Source: a virus. Taken from it: DNA of 64,000 nucleotides. The stretch covers positions 1 to 64,000 of IMG/VR virus record IMGVR_UViG_3300032116_000106; one strand, given 5' to 3'. Below the pieces are notes generated by a model. It searched no databases, was not told the origin of the DNA, and saw only the letters and a list, made by a program, of their open reading frames with translations. Numbering within the stretch: the first letter of the stretch is position 1; every line of letters starts with the position of its first letter. A program made the translations under genes and the position numbers. Shown here in pieces: positions 1-8,155 of the stretch.

Positions 1-1115
1 ACCCAAGCACCATTTACATACTCTTCACCCACAGTTGTTGACCATTGGTCAGTTGTTAATGCATTTGCTTGTAACATATCTAAAATTTCTAAATCGATTT
101 CTAATGAAATGTATTCAGATAACATAGAAGTTAATTCAGCTTCAGCATCAATTGAGTGGTAAGCGTTTAAGTCTTGTGCCAATTCTGGAGTCCATACTGC
201 TTTCAACTTACGAGTCTTAGCAACGATAGATTCACTCTTTAATTCCAAATCAACTTCTGGAATGTTCAAGTTAGTTCCACCATCTGGTCCACCTGTGATA
301 GGATTTCTGTCTTCAAAATCACCTCTATCATAAGCAACAGGTTGTTCTTGGAATTTAACTGTTGTTAATGTAGTATCATGTGCTCCTGAAGCAAATAAAA
401 TAATGTTATCTCCAGCATAATCATGCTTTGCGAAAGCAGGATATAATTGATTAACATTAGTATCAGTTACAGAAATTAATTTAACTGCTTCAACATCAAC
501 GTTAGTTAAAGCTGATGCAGCGATAGTGATTTTCTTAAATACGTTAGGAGTAGCAGCAATTGAAGCAGATAAAGAGTTATCAAACCCAAAATCAGCCCAT
601 GATGCAGTAGTAAACGTAGCAGCTACACTTGATGCAGATGAAGTTCCTGGTAAGCTATATCCGTATTGACCTTCGCCATACAAACCACCAGATGCTGCAT
701 CAGTTCTACCGAACTTAGCACCAGTTCCACCATATAAAGAATCAGTAGTAGCTTTACCAGATTTTGCAGTACCATATTTGAAATCCATAAAGAAAATCAA
801 ACCTGAAGGTAAGTTCATTGGTTGAACTGAAACGAATTCTTTCGCTGCAATCTCACCAAAGATTCTTCTTACTAACGGTAAAGCCACACCACTCCACTCT
901 TCAGAGCCTGCGTTTGCACTTGTAGCAGTAGCTTCACTTAATAATTGTTGTGCTTGGTTTTCTAAAAGCACTGCCATTGAATGTTGGTCTCTATCCTTTA
1001 AGCCTTCTAACAAACCGGTTTTCTCCCATTTTGTTCTTAGACCTCTTGTTTGCTCCAACATCACGGCCTGAGGATTTTTCGCCTCTAATAATGATTTAAC
1101 ATTAAAATTTGCCAT
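1..1115 (-). CDS. gp23: Major capsid protein, T4 gp23-like (3' end runs off the window)
   Basis: Not in the ORF track. Manual translation from ATG at 1115 gives MANFNVKSLLEAKNPQ...KWEKTGLLEGL...MAVLLENQAQQLLSEA...VALPLVRRIFGEIAAKEFVSVQPMNLPSGLIFFMDFKYG...ESIVAKTRKLKAVWTPELAQDLNAYHSIDAEAELTSMLSEYISLEIDLEIL, which are hallmark gp23 motifs. Confidence 0.97.
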   Translation of the reverse strand, partial: MANFNVKSLLEAKNPQAVMLEQTRGLRTKWEKTGLLEGLKDRDQHSMAVLLENQAQQLLSEATATSANAGSEEWSGVALPLVRRIFGEIAAKEFVSVQPMNLPSGLIFFMDFKYGTAKSGKATTDSLYGGTGAKFGRTDAASGGLYGEGQYGYSLPGTSSASSVAATFTTASWADFGFDNSLSASIAATPNVFKKITIAASALTNVDVEAVKLISVTDTNVNQLYPAFAKHDYAGDNIILFASGAHDTTLTTVKFQEQPVAYDRGDFEDRNPITGGPDGGTNLNIPEVDLELKSESIVAKTRKLKAVWTPELAQDLNAYHSIDAEAELTSMLSEYISLEIDLEILDMLQANALTTDQWSTTVGEEYVNGAW

Positions 1116-1152
1116 TTTGTTTTTTATTTTTTAATTAATTTTTAATTACCAA

Positions 1153-2214
1153 TTATTTGATAATACCAGCTAATTTTTTAAATCTGTCTGCTGCAGAATT
1201 ATCTTCAGCGATAATTTGTTTTGCAGGTGCAGTAGATTGTGCTGGCTTTGATGCGTAACTTTCAGTAAGTTTAGTTGTAGTTTTTCTAGTTGCAGTTGAA
1301 CCAATTTTAAATGATTCTGCAATTGTAGTGTAAACTAATTTCACTTCTCTTACATTCTTTGTTCTGTCTAAAGTTTCAACAACCTTAGTCTTTTGTTCGT
1401 TTGTTAAGTTATATCCTCTGAACAATTTGTTCACATATAATAACTTAGCGTTTAGAAGATTTACTTCGTTGATAGTTTTCTTCAAAGAAGAGATTACTTT
1501 GTACGCTTCACCTAATTCAGCTTCTTTTGCAGCTAATTCAGCAGAATGGTCTTCACCATCTTCTTCTTCAGTTACAGGAGCTTCCTCTTCAGCTTCATCT
1601 CCGTATCCCATTTCTCTTAAGATTTCATCTAAATCGATTTCCTCTTCTTCTTCAACTGGTGCTTCTACTTCAGCTTCTTCTGCTGCCGCTGGAGCCTCTT
1701 CTTCGTGCTCTTCTTCAGCAACAGGAGCTTCTTCATCAGCTTCTGCTTCCAATTCTTTGATGATTTCTTCGATGTCTAATTCATCTTCATCACCTTCTTC
1801 TTCGTTCATTGCTGAACCAGGAGTTGCCCCTGTTACGTCTTCTTCTTCTTCTTCACCTTCGGTGATACCTGCTACCTTTTCAGCGTTTTCATCTTCTGAA
1901 CCAACTTCTGCAGAAATTTTATCAACATCTGCTGCCGATAAATCATCTGTTTGTGCTGCTGAAGTGAAAACCGCTGCTGCTGGCATTTTAGTACCATCGC
2001 CTGTTCCGATTTCTGAAGATACTGCGTTCTCTTGAGTCATTTCTTCTTCTTCTTTCTCTTCTTCGCCTTCTAATTCTTCTTGTAATTTTCTAGAAAGCAT
2101 AGATTGAAGTTTAGGAGTGAATGCTTCTTCAAGAGCGATTTTTGCATTAGCTAAAGCAGTTTCTCTAACGGCCTTTGCGTCTGCAATTGCTTCTTTTAAC
2201 AATTTGCTATTCAT
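1153..2214 (-). CDS. Prohead core/scaffold protein (gp22-like)
   Basis: Highly acidic coiled-coil protein between protease/bS21 and the capsid gene. It ends RFKKLAGIIK and has multiple L/I-x-E sites. Confidence 0.8.
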   Translation of the reverse strand: MNSKLLKEAIADAKAVRETALANAKIALEEAFTPKLQSMLSRKLQEELEGEEEKEEEEMTQENAVSSEIGTGDGTKMPAAAVFTSAAQTDDLSAADVDKISAEVGSEDENAEKVAGITEGEEEEEDVTGATPGSAMNEEEGDEDELDIEEIIKELEAEADEEAPVAEEEHEEEAPAAAEEAEVEAPVEEEEEIDLDEILREMGYGDEAEEEAPVTEEEDGEDHSAELAAKEAELGEAYKVISSLKKTINEVNLLNAKLLYVNKLFRGYNLTNEQKTKVVETLDRTKNVREVKLVYTTIAESFKIGSTATRKTTTKLTESYASKPAQSTAPAKQIIAEDNSAADRFKKLAGIIK

Positions 2215-2233
2215 CTTAAATTTGTGAATTTGC

Positions 2234-2317
2234 TTGGACTAATGAAAGTGTGTCCAAATGATATTACTTGATTATAGGGTGACCTCATATAAAAAAGTGA
2301 TGAGGTATTCGAATCAA
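2234..2317 (-). promoter_or_regulatory. Structured 5' leader (two hairpins) of the scaffold/capsid transcript
   Basis: Paired arms at 2268-2273/2312-2317 (TTGATT/AATCAA) enclose 2282-2288/2300-2306 (ACCTCAT/ATGAGGT). A second stem lies at 2234-2239/2252-2257 (TTGGAC/GTCCAA). Confidence 0.5.
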
Positions 2318-2322
2318 TTATA

Positions 2323-2330
2323 TATAAATA
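2323..2330 (-). promoter_or_regulatory. Putative late promoter motif TATTTATA
   Basis: Recurrent intergenic motif (W)ATATTTATW upstream of virion genes. Confidence 0.65.
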
Positions 2331-2360
2331 TAATAAAACTTTGGAAAAAACAAATTTAAA

Positions 2361-2579
2361 TTAAAAATTATTTAAATATTTATTTTTTTTAATTGCTTTT
2401 TCTTTTTCCAATCTTTTTCGAACTGAGGGTTTTAAGTATTCTGCCCTATCTCTTAATTCTTTTACTATCCCTAATTTAAAGGATTTATTTTTGAAAAGTT
2501 TTAATGCTCTTTCAAAATTTTTTTGTTGTTCATCTGAACTAGAACCTCTTGCTATTTTAATTTCAATTCTTACTGGCAT
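2361..2579 (-). CDS. rpsU: Phage-encoded 30S ribosomal protein bS21
   Basis: 72 aa basic protein with NFERALKLFK...GIVKELRDRAEYLKPSVRKR, the bS21 signature. Its position among head genes matches described bS21 phages. Confidence 0.92.
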   Translation of the reverse strand: MPVRIEIKIARGSSSDEQQKNFERALKLFKNKSFKLGIVKELRDRAEYLKPSVRKRLEKEKAIKKNKYLNNF

Positions 2580-2580
2580 A

Positions 2581-3180
2581 CTAACCCAACTCTTCTATTA
2601 TTTCTCTTATTAAATGTTGAGACTTACACCATTCGCCACAAACATCAGTTCCTATTCCTTCATTTAGTTGAACTTTAACTGATTCGTTTAGTGATTCCAT
2701 AAATGCACCTTGTGTAGATGGGTTGGATACAAAATCCCATCCTATTAATTCAAAATCTTCTCCAACTTTTACTTTGTTTCCTCCCATAGATTCTACTGAA
2801 CCCATTCCTCTTGATGATATACCTAAACGAATACCCGCTCTTAAAAGTTCTTTAAGGATGTTTCCAGATGGGGTTGGTAGTATTTCTACTACACCTACTA
2901 CATCATCACCATTCCAAGAACACTCTCTAATGTTATGTGATACATTTTTAAGAGATACAACTGAGGATTCAGGATGGTCTAATTCCCCTAACGCTCTTTT
3001 TTCAGTAATTAATTGTTGGTATTTCTTTACTTCTCTTTCCAATATTTCTTTTGGATACACTCTACCATTTTGGTTCTGAGCATCGGCTCTTTGTAATACA
3101 CCTTTAACCAAAACTACTCCATTTTCGTCTTCGTTAATCTTTCCCTCAAATAAGTGTGTTTCTATTAAAAGTGATTTCAT
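2581..3180 (-). CDS. gp21: Prohead core protein protease (T4 gp21-like)
   Basis: Motifs NQNGRVYP, ALGELDHP, VSH, LPTPSG, GISSRGMGSV and DFVSNPS. Confidence 0.96.
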   Translation of the reverse strand: MKSLLIETHLFEGKINEDENGVVLVKGVLQRADAQNQNGRVYPKEILEREVKKYQQLITEKRALGELDHPESSVVSLKNVSHNIRECSWNGDDVVGVVEILPTPSGNILKELLRAGIRLGISSRGMGSVESMGGNKVKVGEDFELIGWDFVSNPSTQGAFMESLNESVKVQLNEGIGTDVCGEWCKSQHLIREIIEELG

Positions 3181-3190
3181 TCGTTTTGAT

Positions 3191-3991
3191 TTATTTTAAT
3201 AATCCAATTGCCATATCCTTAACTTCTCTTTCTGCTCCGGCTGCATATTTCTTATTACAAATTGCAATCGTATTTCCAGGTACAGGAATCATATACATCG
3301 GAATCATTTCGGTTACGAAAGTATATTTAATACCAGCTTTTTTTAATTCAGCTCCAACTCCCATAAATGAAGATGCTGCGGTTGCCGCTGCTTCAACTTT
3401 ATCTAAATCTGCATCATATTTTCCTTCTGCAATTGTTCCTTCGTTTGGATATGCTTTATCAACTGCATTAAAGAATTCTTTCTTTTTTTCATCTGAATCT
3501 AATTCAGCAGGTGAATTGATTCCAAATTTATCCATCACACCTTTGAAAACCTTTTGGTATTGAGTCATTTCTTCCTCAGTCATTTCCATTTTGGTTCTCA
3601 ATTTATTTACAGATGCCGCCAAATTCATTTTATCTAATCCGATTGCATCAATAACTCTAGCTATAATTTGTAATTTTTGTTGGTTGTTCATCTTAACACC
3701 TTGCATCTTATCAGTTGCCTGGTCTAATTTTGATGCTACCGATGTTGGAATGTTAGCAGTATTCACATCAGATGCTGCTTCTTTATGAATTTCTTTTAAT
3801 CTTTCAGATACCCCACTCCACGCTTTTTCAACTTTATTAAAAAAGTCTTTCTTTTCATCATCGGATTTGAAATCAGCGGGTGAATCTACACCATGCTTTT
3901 TAAGCATTGACTGGAAAAAGGATTGATAATCTTTTTCTTCTTGAAGAACTTCACCAACTAATGCTTTTAATTGTTCCTTAGTTATTTTCAT
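3191..3991 (-). CDS. Putative head internal protein with a duplicated ~38 aa domain
   Basis: Repeat YQSFFQSMLKKHGVDSPADFKSDDEKKDFFNKVEKAW / YQKVFKGVMDKFGINSPAELDSDEKKKEFFNAVDKAY. N-terminal MKITKEQLKALVGEVLQE leader. Lies in the head cluster. Confidence 0.6.
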   Translation of the reverse strand: MKITKEQLKALVGEVLQEEKDYQSFFQSMLKKHGVDSPADFKSDDEKKDFFNKVEKAWSGVSERLKEIHKEAASDVNTANIPTSVASKLDQATDKMQGVKMNNQQKLQIIARVIDAIGLDKMNLAASVNKLRTKMEMTEEEMTQYQKVFKGVMDKFGINSPAELDSDEKKKEFFNAVDKAYPNEGTIAEGKYDADLDKVEAAATAASSFMGVGAELKKAGIKYTFVTEMIPMYMIPVPGNTIAICNKKYAAGAEREVKDMAIGLLK

Positions 3992-3996
3992 ACAAA

Positions 3997-4449
3997 TTAC
4001 TTTTTAAGATAGGTCACATTTTTACCAATTTTCGATAACCTCTCTCTTATTCTATAAATATGGTGATTAGTTCTTTTCCAAAAATTTTCACCTTTCATAG
4101 CATTTTCTTTTTTAATCTTACCATACCATTCTAAAAATTTTTCAATTTCGTCCAATTTTCGGCGAGTTTCTCTAATACCTAATCCTATTTTTTGGTTAGG
4201 TGTAAGAGTATTATCTAATCTTAATTTATGGAATCGATTTTCAGTAAGAGATGAATAACCAGTCAATGCGGCCATTCTTTTTACATAATCAGATGTATGT
4301 TTGCCATCTTTAGCAAATGCACGAGGAGTATCATATCCCGCAACATCACCTGTCGTTGTTACTTCTTTTTTTAACTCTTCCTCTTCTTCTTTTAATTCGG
4401 AAAGTATTTCTTTAATCTTATTTTTTAACGCTTCTAGCTGATTTGACAT
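3997..4449 (-). CDS. Hypothetical head-cluster protein
   Basis: ORF overlapping its upstream neighbour, with EVTTTGDVAGYDTPRAF segment and L-x-E sites. Confidence 0.7.
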   Translation of the reverse strand: MSNQLEALKNKIKEILSELKEEEEELKKEVTTTGDVAGYDTPRAFAKDGKHTSDYVKRMAALTGYSSLTENRFHKLRLDNTLTPNQKIGLGIRETRRKLDEIEKFLEWYGKIKKENAMKGENFWKRTNHHIYRIRERLSKIGKNVTYLKK

Positions 4450-5296
4450 TTCTAATTTCCTTTAGTAATTCGTATGTAAGCATTAAAACTGAAACTTGTT
4501 TCTCACTATTTTCTTTCAAAAAGTTATCAGATTTAAATAACTTAACCATTTCCGTTATTTTAATTTTAGTTACTTTATCGGTAATGTCTTTGGATTCCGA
4601 AATCAAAGAAGTTAATACCTTCTTTGCCTCTTCACTAATAAATTTGGAGAATGTGGAAGTATTAGAAACATTATTAATAAATTCTCTTAAAAGACCTTTT
4701 TGAGAATCATCTAAATTTGAATATTTTGAGTTGAAATTTTCAATTAATAACTTATAAGTTAGTAATCTTAAATCTTCGGATTGTTTTTTAAACTCTTCGT
4801 ATAACTTATCCTGAGGTTTGTTTGAAAGTTTTTTAGTAGTAATGTGCTCTAAAATAGTATTGTTAGAATCGATAAAATCTCTAATTTCTACTTTTCTACC
4901 GTGTATTTTACTTTCAAATATTTTGTAAATGGAAGCCAATAACTTATAGTTTTGTAAATTAGATGAAAGGAACTTTTCTAACTCATAAGATTCCTTAATC
5001 GTTCTAATAAGATTATACTTCTCCTTTGCAAGTTTTGATTCATCTAATTTCTTTCTCTCTTCTACCACTTCTGATAAAAAGAGTTTAGCATCATCTGAAT
5101 TAGAGAATTTCTCTTTTGTTATCCAATTATATAATTTTAATTCTTTTGCTAACTCTCTTTTGGAATTAAAGAATTCTTTAATAATTTTTTCCGACAGGTT
5201 TTTATTTGTGTTGGATAACACCTCTTGTGTGATTTGTTTTACCAACAATTCAAATAAAATAGCTGTATTTTTAAACTTTGAGTGTTTAACTTTCAT
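4418..5296 (-). CDS. Hypothetical helical protein downstream of portal
   Basis: 292 aa ORF starting MKVKHSKFKNTAILFELLV, preceded by a late motif at 5341. Confidence 0.75.
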   Translation of the reverse strand: MKVKHSKFKNTAILFELLVKQITQEVLSNTNKNLSEKIIKEFFNSKRELAKELKLYNWITKEKFSNSDDAKLFLSEVVEERKKLDESKLAKEKYNLIRTIKESYELEKFLSSNLQNYKLLASIYKIFESKIHGRKVEIRDFIDSNNTILEHITTKKLSNKPQDKLYEEFKKQSEDLRLLTYKLLIENFNSKYSNLDDSQKGLLREFINNVSNTSTFSKFISEEAKKVLTSLISESKDITDKVTKIKITEMVKLFKSDNFLKENSEKQVSVLMLTYELLKEIRNVKSARSVKK

Positions 5297-5340
5297 TACA
5301 AACGTCTGTTTTACAATTATATATGTAAATATTTACATAA

Positions 5341-5348
5341 TATAAATA
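5341..5348 (-). promoter_or_regulatory. Putative late promoter motif TATTTATA
   Basis: Minus strand GATATTTATA in the intergenic gap upstream of 5296. Confidence 0.6.
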
Positions 5349-5374
5349 TCAAATAACTTAGGATTACTTAAAAT

Positions 5375-7282
5375 TTATATGTCTGTCAATATATTTTTAT
5401 CATCTAATAAAGAACCGCTATCATCATTTGATATATCGGTATCCTCATTAATCATCTTTTTACTATTATTTTTATCGTAACGTGATTGTATTTTTTTCCT
5501 AATTGTATCTTTTATAAACTTTTCCTTTTCAGATACATTTTTTAGTTTAGATACCAATCTTTCTTTTCGTGTTTCTCTTCCGAAGTTTCTCGTAATGTCA
5601 TCTTTACCCAATGGGTCTCTACCAAATGCATTATCATCAGTTCCTCTATCTCCAGCCTCTGCCGGTCTTCCACCTTTTTTACCATTCTCCGCACTTGTTT
5701 CAGCCTTATCCTTTATTACGGGTTCTCCCTCCTGCACCGGTTGTTCTTCTTGTTGAGGTTCTTCTTGTGGTTGTCCCGGTTGAGGTTGTTGTGGTTGAGC
5801 CTGTTCCTCTTCGTATGGATCAACTCCCTCATTTTCTATTTTGTTTAATCTATTCAAATCAAATGTATCAGTTACAACATCTTCTTTGTTTAAATCAATT
5901 TCTTCATCAGATAATTTGAATATGTTTTTATAAATCCAATCGTTAGAAATCATTTTTAAGGCCTTCATATCAGTTGCCAATCTAACTTTCTCCGTCCATA
6001 AGTTTATTTTCTCTTGCTCATAGATTGTAGATGGATTAGTTAATTCTAATTGGAAATCAACTACATCTCCCCCTTCAAATCCATTTGCAATAAGGTGAGC
6101 AATTGCAACTTGTGTTAATTCCGATACTACAACTCTTTGAATTCTCTCAATCGTTCTAGCAAATCGTATATCCTCCGCCGCCAAAGTTGCTTTACCATTT
6201 ATATCCTCTTCATATCCTAAGAACGCCTTTGGAACTTTTAAGGCTGCAAATAATTTTGCTTTTAAGTAATCTATATCTTCTATCGCAGAATAATTTAGAC
6301 CATTAAGGGTATCAATTTGAGTTCCACTATCTCCACCTCTCACCGGCATAAAAAAATCTTCGGTGATGTTCATCATATTATATTTAAGATTATAATCCCC
6401 CGTCTTCTGATCTTGGAATGGGGTTTTCTTAATCTTATTTATAATTTTTTGCATATAGTTATCTACCTCTTGCGGTGGTATATTACCTATATCGATTTTG
6501 AATATTCTTTTTTCAGGTGCTCTCATAATACGATGTATCATCATCGCATCTTCCATTAGGGTAATTTGTTTCCACAATCTTCTTGCATTCTCAATCATAG
6601 ATTTACCATAAGGTAAATAATTGGTATCGGAATACAAACGGAAATGAGCCATCTCATAGTTATCGTATTCCTTTTTACCTAAATAATCAGGATCGACTGT
6701 GAATTTAATACCCGCTTCATGTCTATTGATTCTAGATGGATCGTGTGGATTTTCGGTTCTCTGTGTATGATATACCGATTGTGGGAATACATTAACAACT
6801 CCCTCTCCCTCTACTATTTCCAAAGTTAAAAATTGGTCACCGTATTTTGCTAAGTTTCTAACCCACGGCCATAGATTAAATTCTATGTTCATTATATCAT
6901 AGAATAGATTATGTAAAACTTCCTTAACATTTTGGTTTGAAGTTTTAATAGTCAATACATCTCCAAATTCATTTTTAGTTGTTGATTCATCGGCGTATAT
7001 ATCTAATGCCGATGCTATAATCGGGTCTTGATCCATTGCATCGTAATCCAAAAACAACTCTCTTCTGATTGTTTGGTATGAGAGTTGAGATTGTAATGCA
7101 TTGTATTGGTAGCCAGTTTGTAGTTTATAGAATCTATCCTTAACCGTTTTTAGATTCGATAAAGCCTGACTATTTTCAGTATCAACAACTTTCGTTTTTC
7201 CATCTTCTCTTCTAACAATAACATTAGTAGAGAACAATTTTCTCATTCTTTCGAAAAACGAATTATTATTTTTTTCTGCCAT
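5375..7282 (-). CDS. gp20: Portal protein (T4 gp20-like) with Gln/Pro/Glu-rich C-terminal extension
   Basis: Motifs LMEDAMMIHRIMRAPEKRIFKIDIGN, EDFFMPVRGGDSGTQIDTL, DIDYL..KLFAALKVPK and EDIRFARTIERIQ. Confidence 0.96.
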   Translation of the reverse strand: MAEKNNNSFFERMRKLFSTNVIVRREDGKTKVVDTENSQALSNLKTVKDRFYKLQTGYQYNALQSQLSYQTIRRELFLDYDAMDQDPIIASALDIYADESTTKNEFGDVLTIKTSNQNVKEVLHNLFYDIMNIEFNLWPWVRNLAKYGDQFLTLEIVEGEGVVNVFPQSVYHTQRTENPHDPSRINRHEAGIKFTVDPDYLGKKEYDNYEMAHFRLYSDTNYLPYGKSMIENARRLWKQITLMEDAMMIHRIMRAPEKRIFKIDIGNIPPQEVDNYMQKIINKIKKTPFQDQKTGDYNLKYNMMNITEDFFMPVRGGDSGTQIDTLNGLNYSAIEDIDYLKAKLFAALKVPKAFLGYEEDINGKATLAAEDIRFARTIERIQRVVVSELTQVAIAHLIANGFEGGDVVDFQLELTNPSTIYEQEKINLWTEKVRLATDMKALKMISNDWIYKNIFKLSDEEIDLNKEDVVTDTFDLNRLNKIENEGVDPYEEEQAQPQQPQPGQPQEEPQQEEQPVQEGEPVIKDKAETSAENGKKGGRPAEAGDRGTDDNAFGRDPLGKDDITRNFGRETRKERLVSKLKNVSEKEKFIKDTIRKKIQSRYDKNNSKKMINEDTDISNDDSGSLLDDKNILTDI

Positions 7283-7283
7283 T

Positions 7284-7556
7284 TTATTTGTTTTCTATAA
7301 TTCTGATAATCAAATTACCATTTCCTTTAATTACTCTATGAAACTTATGATTTTTTATTTCAATTTGTTTCCCTTCTATCAAATCAATTGGTAATTCATT
7401 ATCTAATTGAATTTTCCAATTTTTTCCTCCTAAAACTAAAAGGGTTCTATCCCACTCATCCTGATGCCACAATAACTCCCTTTCATCTATATCTCCTTTA
7501 AATAACCTATATCTTTTGTTTTCGTTTATGAATACATCTATATACTTTTCCTCCAT
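7284..7556 (-). CDS. Small cupin-like protein
   Basis: WHQDE...W.IQLDNELP..L..G..IEI....FHRVIKG resembles the two cupin His motifs. Confidence 0.6.
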   Translation of the reverse strand: MEEKYIDVFINENKRYRLFKGDIDERELLWHQDEWDRTLLVLGGKNWKIQLDNELPIDLIEGKQIEIKNHKFHRVIKGNGNLIIRIIENK

Positions 7557-7558
7557 AT

Positions 7559-7589
7559 CAAATCTATGAATAATTATTCAAATTTCCAA
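7559..7589 (-). promoter_or_regulatory. Bacteroidota housekeeping-type promoter (-33 TTG / -7 TAnnTTTG)
   Basis: Minus strand TTG-N20-TAGATTTG immediately before the ATG at 7556. Confidence 0.6.
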
Positions 7590-7595
7590 CTATTC

Positions 7596-8144
7596 TTACC
7601 AATATCTATAAGCCGGTTCTGATAAACCCAACTGCTTAGCATACTTTGGTAGATTACACGCCCACCATCTTGCGGAGGTTTTATCCTTTTCGGTATCACA
7701 ATTGTGTCTCGCCGCAAAAGCCTTACTCGCTTCCAAATCGTTTATCTTCACTTTAAGACCGGTTGTATCTCCCCAAGCTACTTTCTTTACACTATCACCA
7801 TCTTTAACATAAACGTAGAACTTTTTAGGCCCACCTTTTTTAGGCTCATTTAATTCAACCTCTTTTCCCTGATGTTCAGCTTCTAAAATAGGAAAATCTA
7901 ACCATACTTCCTTACCTTCATAAATTCCCTTTTCACCTAAATCAGTTTCTTTTACAAACCACTTATCTTGTGCATTTTCTAAAACTAACTTATTCTCATT
8001 AAATAGTTCTCTTGCACTTCTAAACATTTCAAAATACTTAGTCGAACCGTATCTATAAATGGATTCGTGAATAGGAGTCCCCACTTTTTGGTGGTATCTT
8101 AACCCTTCATTTATTGTTTCTATATTTTCTGCTATAATTTTCAT
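7596..8144 (-). CDS. Hypothetical phage protein (probable start MKIIAE at 8144)
   Basis: C-terminal KKFYVYVKDG..VKKVAWGD...AFAARHNC...DKTSARWWAC domain. A late motif at 8148-8155 supports the shorter start. Confidence 0.7.
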   Translation of the reverse strand: MKIIAENIETINEGLRYHQKVGTPIHESIYRYGSTKYFEMFRSARELFNENKLVLENAQDKWFVKETDLGEKGIYEGKEVWLDFPILEAEHQGKEVELNEPKKGGPKKFYVYVKDGDSVKKVAWGDTTGLKVKINDLEASKAFAARHNCDTEKDKTSARWWACNLPKYAKQLGLSEPAYRYW

Positions 8145-8147
8145 ACA

Positions 8148-8155
8148 TATAAATA
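8148..8155 (-). promoter_or_regulatory. Putative late promoter motif TATTTATA
   Basis: Minus strand AATATTTATATGTATG directly abutting the start codon. Confidence 0.6.

Noticed and set aside
1427-2035. 202 aa Ser-rich + strand ORF
   Set aside because: Antisense shadow of the Glu-rich scaffold (GAA codons read as TCT/TTC). No promoter support.
5700-5820. Gln/Pro-rich repeat in the portal C-terminus as a special element
   Set aside because: Ordinary low-complexity disordered linker without a regular DNA repeat.
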